NCBI RefSeq assembly: GCF_006345805.1 | Contig: NC_043013.1 | Coordinates: 4,960,001-5,024,000, forward strand | Source of the DNA: Octopus sinensis | Taxonomy: Eukaryota | Direction: 5' to 3' | Length of the DNA stretch: 64,000 nucleotides | Shown: piece after piece, positions 37,921 to 52,106 of the stretch | How the letters are laid out: every line of letters begins with the position of its first letter | Position numbering within the stretch: the first letter of the stretch is position 1 | Made by a program: the position numbers and the translations under genes | Notes under the pieces: model-generated | Databases searched by the model: none | What the model was told of the DNA's origin: nothing | Seen by the model: the letters and a program-made list of their open reading frames with translations, nothing else

Positions 37921-38464
37921 TCCTTCTTTCTTTTTTACCTTCCTCCTTCCTTCTTCCTCTTTCCTTCTTTCCTCCCTCCCTTCTTTCCTCCCTCTCTCCC
38001 TTCCTCCTTTCCTCCCTCTCTCCCTACCTCCTTTCCTTCCTCTCTTCCTCCCTCCCTTCCTTCCTTCCTTCCTTCTTTCCTTCCTTCTTTCTTTCTTTCT
38101 TTCTTTCTCTCTTTCATTCCTGCTTCCTTCCTTCATTTTTCTTTCTTTTTATCTTATCTTAAAGAACTTAATTACCCCCCCCCCTTTTTTTTGCTTCATT
38201 ACGTGAATGTCAATGAACGAGTTCATTTGTTTACATTTACATATTTCTTCTCCGTGAATTTCATTGTAAGAATTGGAATATTTTTACGAAGCTGGCAGAA
38301 ACTAAGATTTCCAATCCAAAGCAACTTGGGCAGAAATAGATATAAGCGTAACTGACATGTGCAATGGGGAACTTATCAACGTTTCGAGGTTTCAATCCCT
38401 TTGCGAAAGAAGCGAAGTACAATAGTGGGAAAATGTACCAGAGTTATAGTGGGTGATAGAAGAT

Positions 38465-39060
38465 GGCGAGCTGGTAGAAACGTTAGCACACCGGGCGATA
38501 TGTTTAGCAGTATTTCGTCTGCCGTTACGTTCTGAGTTCAAATTCCGCCGAGGTCGACTTTGCCTTTCATCCTCTCGGGATCGATTAAATAAGTACCAGT
38601 TACGCACTGGGGTCGATATAATCGACTTAATCCCTTTGTCTGTCCTTGTTTGTCCCCTCTGTGTTTAGCCCCTAGTGGGTAGTAAAGAAATAGATATTTC
38701 GTCTATCGTTACGTTCTGAGTTCAAATTCCCCCGAAGTCGACTTTGCCTTTCATCCTCTCGGGATCGATTAAATAAGTACCAGTTACGCACTGGGGTCGA
38801 TATAATCGACTTAATCCCTTTGTCTGTCCTTGTTTGTCCCCTCTGTGTTTAGCCCCCTGTGGGTAGTAAAGAAATAGGTATTTCGTCTATCATTACGTTC
38901 TGAGTTCAAATTCCGCCCAGGTCGACTTTGCCCTTCATCCTTTCGGGGTCGATAAATTAAGTACCAGTTACGCACTGGGGTCGATGTAATCGACTTAATC
39001 CCTTTGTCTGTCCTTGTTTGTCCCCTCTATGTTTAGCCCCTTGTGGGCAATAAAGAAATA
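38465..39060 (+). mobile_element. SINE group A trimer (184-bp period) with a single TSD
   Basis: Units at 38524, 38708 and 38892. ATAGTGGGTGATAG at 38446-38459 and 39060-39073. Confidence 0.9.
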
Positions 39061-39356
39061 TAGTGGGTGATAGTGAATGATGGGCTGAGGGCTGGAGGGT
39101 AGTTTGATGGCTGGGTAGTTTCTGAGGAGCAGAGATTGGAGGTTGATGAGAGGCAGAAGCATCGGACATGCGCAGAAAAAATAATCAGCAGTTACAGAGT
39201 AGCAATGATGATGTGTGTGTGTATGTGTGTGTTAGTCAGTATGAGTGTTTGTGTGTGTGTATATGTGTGTGAGTATGTGTGTGTATGTGTTTGTGTGTGC
39301 CTATATGAGTTTGTCGAATGGTATGTAAATGTATGCGCAAATGTGTGTGTGTGTGT

Positions 39357-39401
<45 letters not shown>

Positions 39402-39489
39402 AGCGTGTGTCTATTGGTCGAGTAGCATGAAAGCATGTGAACGTTGGTATGTTGGCCGAACAGAATTGGTCGAACAGTGCGCGTATGTG

Positions 39490-39530
<41 letters not shown>

Positions 39531-39611
39531 GTGTGTGTGTGCTGTGTGTGTGTGTTGCTCGAACAGTATGTGCGTTTATATGTGCTGCCCCAGCAATGTG
39601 TGTGGTGTGTG

Positions 39612-39711
39612 NNNNNNNNNNNNNNNNNNNNNNNNNNNNNNNNNNNNNNNNNNNNNNNNNNNNNNNNNNNNNNNNNNNNNNNNNNNNNNNNNNNNNNNNN
39701 NNNNNNNNNNN
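39612..39711. other. Assembly gap (100 N)
   Basis: Run of N between (TG)n and (GATA)n tracts. Confidence 1.
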
Positions 39712-40165
39712 AGATAGATAGATAGATAGATAGATAGACTGACATAAAGAGATAGATAGATAGATAGATAGATAGATAAGCAAATAGATAGACATTAAGA
39801 GATGGATAGATAAATAAATAGAGAGATAGATAGATAGACTGACATAAAGAGATAGATAGATAGATAGATAGATAGACTGACATAAAGAGATAGATAGATA
39901 GATAGATAGACTGACATAAAGAGATAGATAGATAGATAGATAGACTGACATAAAGAGATAGATAGATAGATAGATAGATAGATAAGCAAATAGATAGACA
40001 TTAAGAGATGGATAGATAAATAAATAGAGAGATAGATAGACTGACATAAAGAGATAGATAGATAGATAGACTGACATAAAGAGATAGATAGATAGATAGA
40101 TAGACTGACATAAAGAGATAGATAGATAGATAGACAAACTGACATAAAGATAGATAGATAGATAT
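39712..40165. repeat. Complex (GATA)n satellite with GACTGACATAAAGA spacers
   Basis: Seen directly. Confidence 0.9.
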
Positions 40166-40607
40166 ATGTCATATTCAACTATCCACTCATATAATCAGCA
40201 GTGTGTCTTGGTGTTCGTCGTCTCAGTTCGTTTTTCTGCTTGATACGTTCCACGAAATTTAGATATTTTCACTACATCTGAATTTCGTTGAACTACCGAC
40301 AGGTTGTTCAGTTTAGCTGAACACTGAGGCAGCGAGGTACGCGCGTTTAACCGTCCGTGTATCAAGTATATTATTTATTAGAGCCATATCGATTTGAGTC
40401 ACTTAAACCCTTCACCATACAGTTTGTTGTAAGTAATTAACCATGAAACTTGTTTCTCACCTATAGTTTTTCTAAGCCTATGTGTGTATGTATGTATGTA
40501 TATATATATATATGTATGTATGTGTGTATGATTGTGTAGATATGCGTGTATATTCATAGATATGTGTAATGTGCGCGTATCTCTTTCTCGCCATAATAAT
40601 AATAATC

Positions 40608-40650
<43 letters not shown>

Positions 40651-40659
40651 TTTTTTATT

Positions 40660-40835
40660 TGATGGCGGCCATGCTAGAAACCGTCTTGAAGGGTTTCAGT
40701 CGAACAAATCGACCCCACCCCAGGACATTTTTTTAAAAGCTTAGTACTTATTGCATCGGTGCCTTTTACCGAACCGCTAAGTTACGGGGACGTAAACACA
40801 CTAACACTTGTTGGGGACGAACACAGACACAAAGG

Positions 40836-40872
<37 letters not shown>

Positions 40873-40988
40873 ACACATCTTTGAGTTTCCGTCTACCAAA
40901 TCCACTCACAAGGCTTTGGTCGGCCCGAGGCTAAAATAGAAGACACTTGCTCAAGGTGCCACGCAGTGGGACTGAACCTGGAACCATG
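40660..40988 (-). mobile_element. SINE group B
   Basis: Homology to group B. Confidence 0.8.
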
Positions 40989-40999
40989 TATATATATAT

Positions 41000-41051
<52 letters not shown>

Positions 41052-41387
41052 GTATGTATGTAGTATGTATGTATGTATGTGTGCGTGCGTGCGTGTTTAG
41101 TGGAAAATCAATACAATGATCGGATAATTAGTTTAACGCAGTAAAGAACGGACTGTCACTGACGCTTTGGGCGTTAGTCCGTCTTCGGTAGTAAAACGAT
41201 TTTATGAGAAAACGTAACATAAAAGAAGAGAATGTGTGTGCGAATATAATTAAAATAAAAATGTTTTATCGGGAATGAGACGTCGGGAAGGTTAAGCCCT
41301 GTGAGACGTTATGAGAAAGACACACATATGTACACACAAGTGGCTTCACACAGTTTCCGTTTACCAAATTCACTCGTTAGACATTGG

Positions 41388-41795
41388 GGATCTTTTCGGT
41401 TTGAACGGCAGTTTTTCTAGCGGTGTCATATGAAATTGTCACCCATAATTATGACCCTAGTATCGATCTATTGCATTTCAATCTGTTTTAGGGTTAAGGG
41501 TGGGGGAAGGGTATCTTTTTTTCTTCAGAAATGTAAATAAACCCAATCTGTTTCTTAAATGAGGGACATATTCATACGGCACAGAATGTTTTCAGCACAA
41601 TAGACGTCATTGATTGGTTGAAATTGCAGAAATTGAAGAAAAAAACAACAAATATCTTACAAACTCTAGAATTTTCTCAATAAAGCCAAGAGAAAAAGAT
41701 GTTTTATAAACACATTCTACCAATATACGAAATTTTAAAATGTTTAGTTACGTGGAAATTATTTTAAAAAACTGCCGTTCAAACCGAAAAGATCC
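41388..41795. mobile_element. GGATC-TIR MITE with 8-bp TSD, inserted in an old SINE B
   Basis: TSD GACATTGG at 41380-41387 and 41796-41803. Confidence 0.92.
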
Positions 41796-42547
41796 GACAT
41801 TGGTTATAGTAAAAGACACTTACTCAACGTGGTGTGCAGTGGAACTAAACCTAAAACCACGCAGTTGCAAAACAAGCGGCAATCTTTCGGTATCAGTCTC
41901 CAGAGTGTTGGTATGAGGAGACGACGTCATTCACCTTCTTTTTTCAGTTATGTCATGAGGGAAGGTTGCGTGGGTGAATGATGTCGTCTACCAATACCGA
42001 GGGGTTGTTGGAAAATCTATTTTCGATAATGCCATAATATATTTTTTTACCTTCTCCTTAATTCCCACCCAAAACACTTCTTCCGTTTAAGGCAGAACAG
42101 GATTCGTCTTTTCCCCCCATGAAAATGACGGTTAGAGGCGGACACGGAATTGAAACAACAACTAACACGAAACAAAAGCAACTTTGACTCAGTGCAAGAG
42201 ACGGATGCCGTGAAAGCTTACCCAAGATGACTCAAGTTTGTTGTTAAAATACAAAATTGTCGTCGACCACTTTTTCTTACTCTATTACATCGTCTGTCTG
42301 TCGGTATATAGTGAAAATGAAATGAAATAAAGAGGAAACGGCCATTTTCATTTGAGAACATTTCAATAAGAATTCACAAAGACAACAATTCACTCTTAAT
42401 GCAAAAGGACATACTAAACACAAATAAACAATTAAAGCGATTATTCGATTGTTCACACACACACACACACACACACATCAGTGAAGTATAGTTTTCACGA
42501 AGCATTCTCCGATATATAGAATTTTTTTTAATGTTTTTTTTTCTTCT

Positions 42548-42676
42548 AAGCCAAAACAATGCAGGTTATAAAAAATGTATAATACAGGTGGATGTTAGTA
42601 TTATTACCTGGAATTTCAATAGTACGAACTATCGACCTGCATTGTGAATTTTTTATAACCTGCATTGCTTTGGCTT
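42548..42676. mobile_element. Fold-back MITE-like inverted repeat
   Basis: AAGCCAAAACAATGCAGGTTATAAAAA / TTTTTATAACCTGCATTGCTTTGGCTT, with further internal pairing. Confidence 0.7.
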
Positions 42677-42720
42677 TAAAATAATACGATATATATCAGA
42701 TGTTATCTTTGCCTCGAGAG

Positions 42721-42757
<37 letters not shown>

Positions 42758-43385
42758 TTATAAAAGCTCTGGTTTCATTACAGATTAGTGAAGCATTCCG
42801 CCGTCCCGGATACCGTGGCTTATATAAGTAAATATTGTAAGATAACGAGGTTGTAACCGTGGACTTGTCGGTGAGCTAAGGCACGTAGAGACATGACCAC
42901 TTCACTGCAAGAGATTTACAGCTCACAAATCAACACTTTATACCCAGCCATTTCGTCTCTATGAGTATATAGGGGAGAAGACACACAAGCTATTGGTATT
43001 CTAAACGGCGGAAGGCCAAAGTCTATGATTCGATACTCGCCTTTATTGCTGGCCGAATCGTTGTCTTGTCGGGCAAAAATGCTTTGAAGCATTTCTTCCG
43101 CTTTACGTTCTGAGTCCAAATTCCGTCGAGGTAGACTTTGCCCTTATTCATCCTTTCAGTTTTGGTGAAATGAGTACCAGTCACGCACTGGGGAGTCGAT
43201 GTAATCGACTAGCTCCCACCCCCCTAACATTTCAGGCCCTTTGCCTCGTAGTAAAAAGGACTTTTATTACAATTACGTCTTTCCATAAAATTTTGTCGTT
43301 TTGCTATTTCTACAAGTCGTTAATTCTGTTCTAATTTTGTTTCGTGTCAGTTTGCCTTGAACTCTGCCCCTACATACTTCATCTC

Positions 43386-43444
<59 letters not shown>

Positions 43445-43448
43445 CTAT

Positions 43449-43501
<53 letters not shown>

Positions 43502-44138
43502 TCCTACGTCCTATTAAACGGTTTCACGCCCTTCATCTTGGTGTTATTTTTGGAGTTGCTGGGTTTATTATTTTTTGGGTTAATTACCTTAACGAAAAAA
43601 GACAAACCAAAAACGGAACGACGGAGAATAAAAAGAGAAAGACAGAAGTGTGTGTGTGTGTTTTAATTTACGATAACTATAGATCAATGGTTAGAGCGCT
43701 TGTCTTGTAAACCAGGGTTCAGGAGTTCCATCCTCCCCGGGTGCTGGTACAGAGTATATTGCGATTTTATTCGAAAGATCGCCGTGTGTGTGTGTGTGTG
43801 TGTGCGTCTTCTTGTTTATACCCTGCCACCACTTGAGAACCGGTGTTGGCTTGTTTACATCCCTGTAACTTATCAGTTCGACAAAAAAGAGGAACCGATA
43901 GGATAATTTACTAGGCTGTAAGAAACAATTAGATTTGTTCGACTAAACCCATAAAAGCGGTGCCCCAGCATGGCCGTAGTCCAACGAAGCACGTAAAAGA
44001 CAAAAGATATCGTAAATGTTGTTGTTGTTGTTTAAACCTACCCACCACCACCACCACCACCACTTGTTCCTCTGAGGGCGAACTGTTGTAGGAACTCTAG
44101 GCTCAAAAGCATCTGTCAGAATTTTGGAATAACTCCTT

Positions 44139-44379
44139 CGAAGTCCCATACCTCGTGAGAAAGTGGTGGGAGGGGGAAGAGAGGCTACGGAAGTTGCAAG
44201 GACAGTGGTGGGGGTGCAAAAACATTTTTGTTTCACTTTTTCAGAATATCATTATTTCTGTTGTCATGAAACAGGAATACAAGAAAAAAATATATATAAC
44301 AAAATAAAATTATCAAATAATAATAATAAAATGAAGGGAAAAACTACCTTTTTCCTTTCTCATGAGGTTTGGGACTTCG
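44139..44379. mobile_element. MITE-like element with 25-bp TIRs
   Basis: CGAAGTCCCATACCTCGTGAGAAAG / CTTTCTCATGAGGTTTGGGACTTCG. Confidence 0.6.
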
Positions 44380-44501
44380 CAGTAAAACTATTCAGCAAAT
44401 CCACCATTCTACCATGCCTTTCCAACCATGACCACTCTGTTTTCATATTCAGATTTATCAAATAAGAAGTTTACAATCAAGTTTTTACTAAGATCTTAAA
44501 A

Positions 44502-44757
44502 CAATGTGTCTCTCAACCCTTTTTGATCTAGGGCCCATTTTGATTTCTGTTTTACTCAGATGGACCCCATCAGTGCCATTCGATATTTTCAAAAAACCCC
44601 ATCAATATTTTTATAATCTGATATTATTAGGAAATGTATATAAAAAAAAATTGTTAAAATATTTTGATGTATTATGAAAGTATATGGCCTCAACAATTTA
44701 TTGCACAAATTTTTAACAACAAAAAAATCTTATGTGGACCTTGGTTGCGAACCACTG
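44502..44757. mobile_element. hAT-like MITE
   Basis: Ends CAATGTGTCTCTCAACC / GGTTGCGAACCACTG; similar to the element near 36765-37513. Confidence 0.5.
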
Positions 44758-45127
44758 AGTTAAAAATTGATTTGAGGTAGATTTGTCTGCTCTTTCTCAC
44801 AAATCTACCGACTGGCGTAGAGGCTCTCCTTGTTCTTCAATAGAGCTGATGATAACATCCTAAAACTGTCTCCCACGCTACAACAACGCCCCCTCCCCGC
44901 CCCCCTCTCTCTTTCTACTTTTCCTGTTCACCTTCTTACCTACACGTCCATCCATCACCCTAGTCACATCAATTTTCGTTTTGCTTAGGGGGTTGGTTTA
45001 CAGGGGCTATTTCAGGCTACTGGGAGCCCCCCTTTTTTTTATATCCGCCCACTAAATAATAGGAGGAAATGTCATTTATGTAGAATGAATAGATAGATAG
45101 ATAGATAGATATGATAGATAGATAAGT

Positions 45128-45162
<35 letters not shown>

Positions 45163-45216
45163 CACACATGGCTGGATAAATATATATACATGTAAACATA
45201 CAAATATATATATATA

Positions 45217-45275
<59 letters not shown>

Positions 45276-45496
45276 TGCAAACATGCGTGTATGTGTTTAT
45301 ATATGGTATGTATGTGTGTGTTTATGTACACTTAGTTTTGTGTGTATCACACAAAACTCTTGGTCCCTGAGTTATTGTCACTTGACACCTGCATGTATGT
45401 ATATATATATATAGCTTCATATCTGTACATGTACACCCACATGTTAGTATATAGGCATAAATTATCTTTATACACCCACCTATTTGGAAACACACA

Positions 45497-45538
<42 letters not shown>

Positions 45539-45964
45539 TATACATACGTATAGAGAGGGGCATACATACTTTCTTACATACATATGTTCAAAAAGAGATA
45601 ATAATTAAATGAAAAATATTGAATATGTATGAGCCTGAGTCTATGTGTGTGTAGGTGTGTGTATTCATTTGTGTATGTATGAGTTCGTCTAAATGTTGGT
45701 ATATCAGTGTGTGTGTATGTGTGATATGAGTTTGTGTATGTGTGGAGGCGTCTTTGACAGCTTCTAACGCAAGGCTAACTTCACACAACTCGACAAGAAT
45801 GTCTTCTGGTAACAACAATTACAGGAATTCTGAAACGAGGAATCGTAACAGACAACTGGTGATGTTTTAGGGGCGATAAACACTTTGTGTTCTTTCACAT
45901 TGGCAAACATATTCACACTGCTGGTCTTTTTATGCACACACACACACACGTACACACACACACA

Positions 45965-46950
45965 GAGCCCACATGAATCTTTTCAGGGCCATTAAAAACT
46001 GCTGGGAAGGAAAGCAAATCTTGTGACTCTTTTTTTAGAGACTTCTGAACTAGTGGCAGATAGTCCCTATGACCCTCTATCAGGGCTTGTAAAAATTCTG
46101 GGTGGGAAGGCAACCCCTAATAACCCTTTCTTAGTGCCTCTGAAACTAGCAACCCCTGTGACTCTTTCAAGATGGGTAGAAATTAGGGCAGCTCTTATGA
46201 GTCATTTCTGAGTCTTCTTAGGCTACTGGGTGGAAGGGCAATCACAGGAGGGATAGCAGCCTTTATTACCCTTTTGAGACCCTTGGCAGCTGGGTGGAGT
46301 AAGGGCAGCCCCCATTACTCTTGTCAGAATTGTCACAACTGGTGGAAGTAATAGCAAAGTATTGGGAGCAAGGGCAAATGTTACTCCCAGACCAGAGCCC
46401 TGGTCTAAAGATAATCCAATTGTTTGCAACACAGGGGATCCTACTAATGGTACCCAAAAACCTGGTGGTGATGTTCAATGGACTCATTTAAGATCAGAAA
46501 GGTCCCTCCCAATGAAATTCCGCATTGGTTCCATCTGCCGATATTAACTCCCTAAGCTCTGGTCCAGTACTTCCTAAAACTGACAAATACCAGCACCCTT
46601 CTTTGCATCCCTCAAAATCAACTCCCTCTGCTTCCCTCCCGCTTTATTCATAGAAATCCTGCAATCATATTGTTCTTCTTTCTTCTCCTTAGTGTTGGAC
46701 AAGATAACAAATATGAAACCCTCTTCATTTTATTATTCGTGACAATTCAGGGGAACTGCCTGTGGATTGTACCATAGTGGCCCTTCCAGGAATAAGGGAC
46801 AGAGAAAATAGATGGATGGAAGGATTTGTCTGTCCGAACCCTCTTTTCAATCTTCATAGGTCCTCTCCATGGGAAATGCTGCTCCTAGACAACCCAAGGC
46901 TATGGGGTTATTGGCACTGTTTTTCCTTTTAGAGGACCTTGGAGGCCCTT
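45965..46950 (-). mobile_element. Probable decayed L1/Tx1-like LINE 3' end
   Basis: Weak peptide remnants (SIYFLCP...LW, RRVLVFVSFRKYW) in a CpG-poor unique block. Confidence 0.3.
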
Positions 46951-47145
46951 GTTTAAGGTGCTTCTAAGTGGGATTGAACCCAGAATCACATTATTAGGAG
47001 AAAAAAATTATGGCGATCATTGGTTGCCTATGGTGATCATTTGGTATAAGTCACAGAAATGTCACTTTTGATTTTATTTAACCCCACAATTGTGCCTCGC
47101 ACCCAGTTGGGTAAGTGGGTGTCACAAGTGAAGTAACTGTAGATT

Positions 47146-47177
<32 letters not shown>

Positions 47178-47508
47178 GGTGGTGGTGGTGGTGGTGGAGG
47201 TGGTGGTGGTGGTGGTGGTGGTGGTGGAGGTGGTGGTGGTGGTGGTGGTGGTGGTGGCGGTGGTGGTGGTGGTGGTGGTGGTGGTGGAGGTGGTGGTGGT
47301 GGTGGTAGTGCTACTGTTGCTGCTACTACTGCTGCTGCTGCTGCTGGCAATAGTTGTATTGATAATAATGGTCATGATTGATGTTGATTGTGGTGATGAT
47401 GATGATGATGACTGTGATAGCAGTAACGATGATGTCGGTGGTGGTGGTGGTGGTGGTGATGCTAGTGCTGATGCAGGCAATGGTATTGATGATGATGATG
47501 ATGATGAT
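47146..47508. repeat. Compound trinucleotide microsatellite (GAT/GGT/GCT)
   Basis: Seen directly. Confidence 0.95.
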
Positions 47509-48374
47509 CTTCTCTGTGTGTGCTGAAGCTGAATTGGACATTTTGCTTCCATATTTAGCGATGGGGGTGGGGGTGGGGGGAGGGGTTTCCAGTTAACTCA
47601 ATTAATTATTTTTCCAATAGACGGGCAATTAGTCAATCTTTTAATTGTGGTTTTATTTCTAGGGGAGGGATGGTCGGTAGTAAGTGGTGGTGGGAGGAGG
47701 AGGAGGAGGAGGAGGAGCAAGCTGAGGCTGTGAAAACCCCCAACTGCTTCCTCCTCTCTTTCTTTTTTCTTCTCTCTTTCTCTCCCTCTCTCTCTCTCTC
47801 TCTCTCATTCGTTTCCTTCTCTTTTTCTCATTTATTCTACTCCTTTCTTCATTTATCTAAATTCTGCATGCATACATGCGTATGTGCATGTATGTATATA
47901 TATGCGTATATGCAGTGTGTGTGCACATGTGTCTTGTGTGTGTATGTGTATTTATGTATTGTTTGTGTGGGAGGACATAGTGTGTGTGGGTGTATAATAG
48001 TGCATTTGTGGCTGTGTAAAGATTAATATCTGTTGTTCAGGTGTATATATTGAGCATGCGTGTATGTATTGTGTATATATGTGTATATTACATATGTATG
48101 GGTGTATCATGTATACATTCATGTGGGTGTATGTGCGTGTATATATATATATGTATATTATGTATCAGTTGATGTATACATACATACATATATATGTATA
48201 TATACACACACACACACAACACACACAATATATATAAATATTGATATATATTGTGTGTGTTATGAATTTGCGTGTGTACATTTTACATGTATATATTATA
48301 TGTGTGAAGGTGTGTTGCGTCTGTATGTTTGTTTTGTGCGGGGGTGTTTTGTATGTCTATGTATTGCATGTGTG

Positions 48375-48409
<35 letters not shown>

Positions 48410-49049
48410 ATATATACACACACACACATACTGTCTTCCATTCTATTAGTTGCATCCGTTCATCCATTAATCCATGTACCTATCCAACCCTCATTCCACT
48501 TACCTTTCTACCTATTACCCTCCACCCCCCCATCTACTTACCTACCATCCTACCCACCTATCTGTCTATCTACCTATCTGTCGAGCTGCCTACATATCCA
48601 CATAACTTATCACCTACTCAACCACCTGCATACTTATTTACCCACCTGCCATTCTCTCTCCCCACCCACTCCCTATTTTTTCTACCTACCTACCTTACCT
48701 GCCTATGTCTCTACATATCTATGTAGCTGTCTTCCACTCTCACCCACATACCTACCCACCCACCTGCCATTCTATCTCCCCACATACCCCTATTTTTTTT
48801 CTACCTGCCAAAGTCATTCTACATATCTATTTCCACTCTCTCACCTATATATCTACCCCCTACTTTTTTCCACCTACCTATCTTACCTGCCTATATCTCT
48901 GTATCTATCTACCACTCTCTCACCTATACACCCATCCATCCACCTGCCATCCTACCTTGTTTGTCTGTTCATCCATCTACCTGTCCATTGTAACATTAAA
49001 AAATATATTTTATAAGAAATTTCTTATAAACCTTTCTGTTATAAGATTA

Positions 49050-49665
49050 AGGCTTGAAATTTAGGAACAGTGGGTAAGGCAATTACATCGACCCCAGGGC
49101 TCAACTGGTACTTATTTTATTGACCCTGATAGGATGAAAAGTAAAGTCAATCTTGGCAGGGTTTGAACCCAGAACATGAAGATAGGTGAAATACTGCTAA
49201 GCATTTTATCCAATGTGCTAATGATTCTGCCAGCTCATTGCCTAAATTGTAATGATGATAATAATTATTTCAAATTTTTGCCACAAGGGCAGCTTGGGAT
49301 GAGTCAATTACATCGATTCCAGTGCATAACTGGTACTTATTTTATCAACCCCCGAAAGGATGAAAGGCAAAATTAACCTCAGCGGAATTTGAACTCAGAA
49401 CATAGTGACGGGCAAAATACCTCTAAGCATTTCATCCAGCGTGCTAACGATGCTGCCAGCTTCACTACCTAAATAATAATAATAATTAATAATAATAATA
49501 ATATCTATTTCTTTACTACCCACAAGGGGCTAAACACAGAGGGGACAAACAAGGACAGACAAACGGATTAAGTCGATTACATCGACCCCAGTGCGTAACT
49601 GGTACTTAATTTATCGACCCCGAAAGGATGAAAGGCAAATTCGACCTCGACGGAATTTGAACCCA
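49050..49665 (-). mobile_element. SINE group A cluster
   Basis: Three partial copies. Confidence 0.8.
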
Positions 49666-49819
49666 TAATAATAATGATAATGATAATGATAATTATAATG
49701 ATAATAATAATGATAATAATAACAATAATGATAATAATAATGATAATAATAATAATGACAATAATGATAATAATGATAATAACAATAATGATAATAATGA
49801 TAATAATAATAATAATAAC

Positions 49820-49852
<33 letters not shown>

Positions 49853-49934
49853 AATAATAATAACGATAATAATAATAACAATAATAATGATAATAATAAT
49901 AATAATAATAACGATAATAATAATAATAATAATG

Positions 49935-49965
<31 letters not shown>

Positions 49966-49980
49966 TAGTGGTAATAATGA
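49666..49980. repeat. (AAT/GAT)n microsatellite
   Basis: Seen directly. Confidence 0.95.
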
Positions 49981-50059
49981 TTTCGTTGACTTTTAGAAAT
50001 GCTATTGTAATATGATTATCAAATACACATTCCTATATTTGTTGTCTGGTCTCTCACTC

Positions 50060-50119
<60 letters not shown>

Positions 50120-50347
50120 CACACACATATGTATGTATACACACACACTCAAATGCACATGTATGTAATACTTTTGTGCTACATGTCTGTGTGTCAGTCA
50201 GCCTAGTTGTAATCGTGCGAGTGACTCTAGATTATTCACCCCAAAACGTGTGGATGCATACAAGTATGTGTGTGTAGACATGTATGTATACACACATGTA
50301 CGTATATGCATATGCGTGTATACATTAATTCAGACAATTCACAACCC

Positions 50348-50387
<40 letters not shown>

Positions 50388-50653
50388 TACATACACAAAC
50401 ACACACACACCTAAACACGCAAGCATTCACAGATATACACTCACATACTGTACAAAAAGCATACACAAATGTATATATATATACATACATACACTTAGAC
50501 TGAAAAGCACCCACCCACACCCACATATATATATATATATATACACCCACACGCATATATATATATATATACACCCACCCACACATATATACACATACAT
50601 ATATACATCCACACGCTGCAACACACAGATACACCTACACGCTGCAACACTGA

Positions 50654-50689
<36 letters not shown>

Positions 50690-52106
50690 CACACACACAC
50701 ACCCACACATGGAAACACGTGTCAGTTCACATGTTGATGTACACACATTTCTATCAAACTTCCCTTCCGCAATGCTTGCCATTATTCCAAAGAAGTCGGC
50801 GCTATCACATGCAGCATTCTTTTGGTAACGGAAAACATTAAGACACATCAATTATATACAAAGATCAATATTTGATGCAAGAAAAAGAAAAGAAAAGAAA
50901 GGGAAAAAAACGGTGGAAAAAGAAAAGAAAGAAAGAAAGAAAGAAAGAAAAATAACGGAATTTCTTTCAAAAGATAATTCATTTTTTAATGCTTTTTTTT
51001 TGACAACAGCAAAAGCAACAATACAAACAACAACAATAACAAAAGCAACTACACTAGCAGTAACAACAACAATCATAGCAACAGCAACAACAATAAGGAA
51101 AATGGCAAACAATTTCTTCCTTCTTTAAAAAAAATATTTTTTTCCAAATATAAACACAATATAAAATCGTTTGATACCCTGGTAGAAAAAAAATGAAAGA
51201 AAACTCAGATTTTTTTCCTTTTTAATTTCATTTGAAGGGATCGGTTATTTTTAAAGAAATATATCTTTTTAATATAATTTATTTCTCTTTTTCTATTTCT
51301 GCTTTTTTTTTTTGTTTTTCTTTTTCATTTTTTCCTTTTCCAAGTTTCTAAACTGGAAAATATTTGTCTTTAATTCTCGTTCCATTGAATGTCTTTCTTT
51401 TTCCTATAAATTATATTGGTTTATTTCTTAATAGCTTTTGGAAAATTTTAATATAGGAATCTCATTACCATAACTACCCCCACCTCCTGCTCACCCCCCC
51501 CCATATGTTTTTCACCTTCTTTCTTTATTTCCTTCATAATAAATGTTTCTCTTTTTCTCACTCTCTCCACTCAAACACACACACACACACACACACACAT
51601 CAAACACACTAGTCTACCAAACATAAAATTCATCATAAATTCTTGTAGTTCTGTAAAAGAACTGTAGAATAAAACATAATGTTCCACTTGACCTATAAAA
51701 TTTGGGGTTGGGTTTCAATTCCTGCTTGTTGTTTATTTCAGAATATGATTAATTATTTTGGCAGAATGCTTCAGAATAAATCCATTGAACCAAAAATACT
51801 GTAAAGAATTTAACCCTTTTGATGCCAACCCACCCAAGGCCACCATAGTTGGTTCCATAATACAAACTTCCTGTTTGAAAGTAATCTCAATTAAAACCCT
51901 TCATCAAAATTTTGTGTTAATTTATGTTCCAAATGGCAGATTAATAATGGCAAAGTTATTTTACTAAATTCTTCATTATTTTCGACTTTAATTGAAACAA
52001 AGGCAGCAAATTGCATCAGAAATGCGGTAATAAAATGGTAACAGTTGTTAATTATAAGAATTATAAGGTATATTTGTGGTTGTGTGTTTGTACATATATA
52101 TATATA

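Noticed and set aside
43510-43545. Minus-strand AAGATGA...GAAACCGTT next to (TA)n
   Set aside because: Two core mismatches and no stem II; too weak to call.
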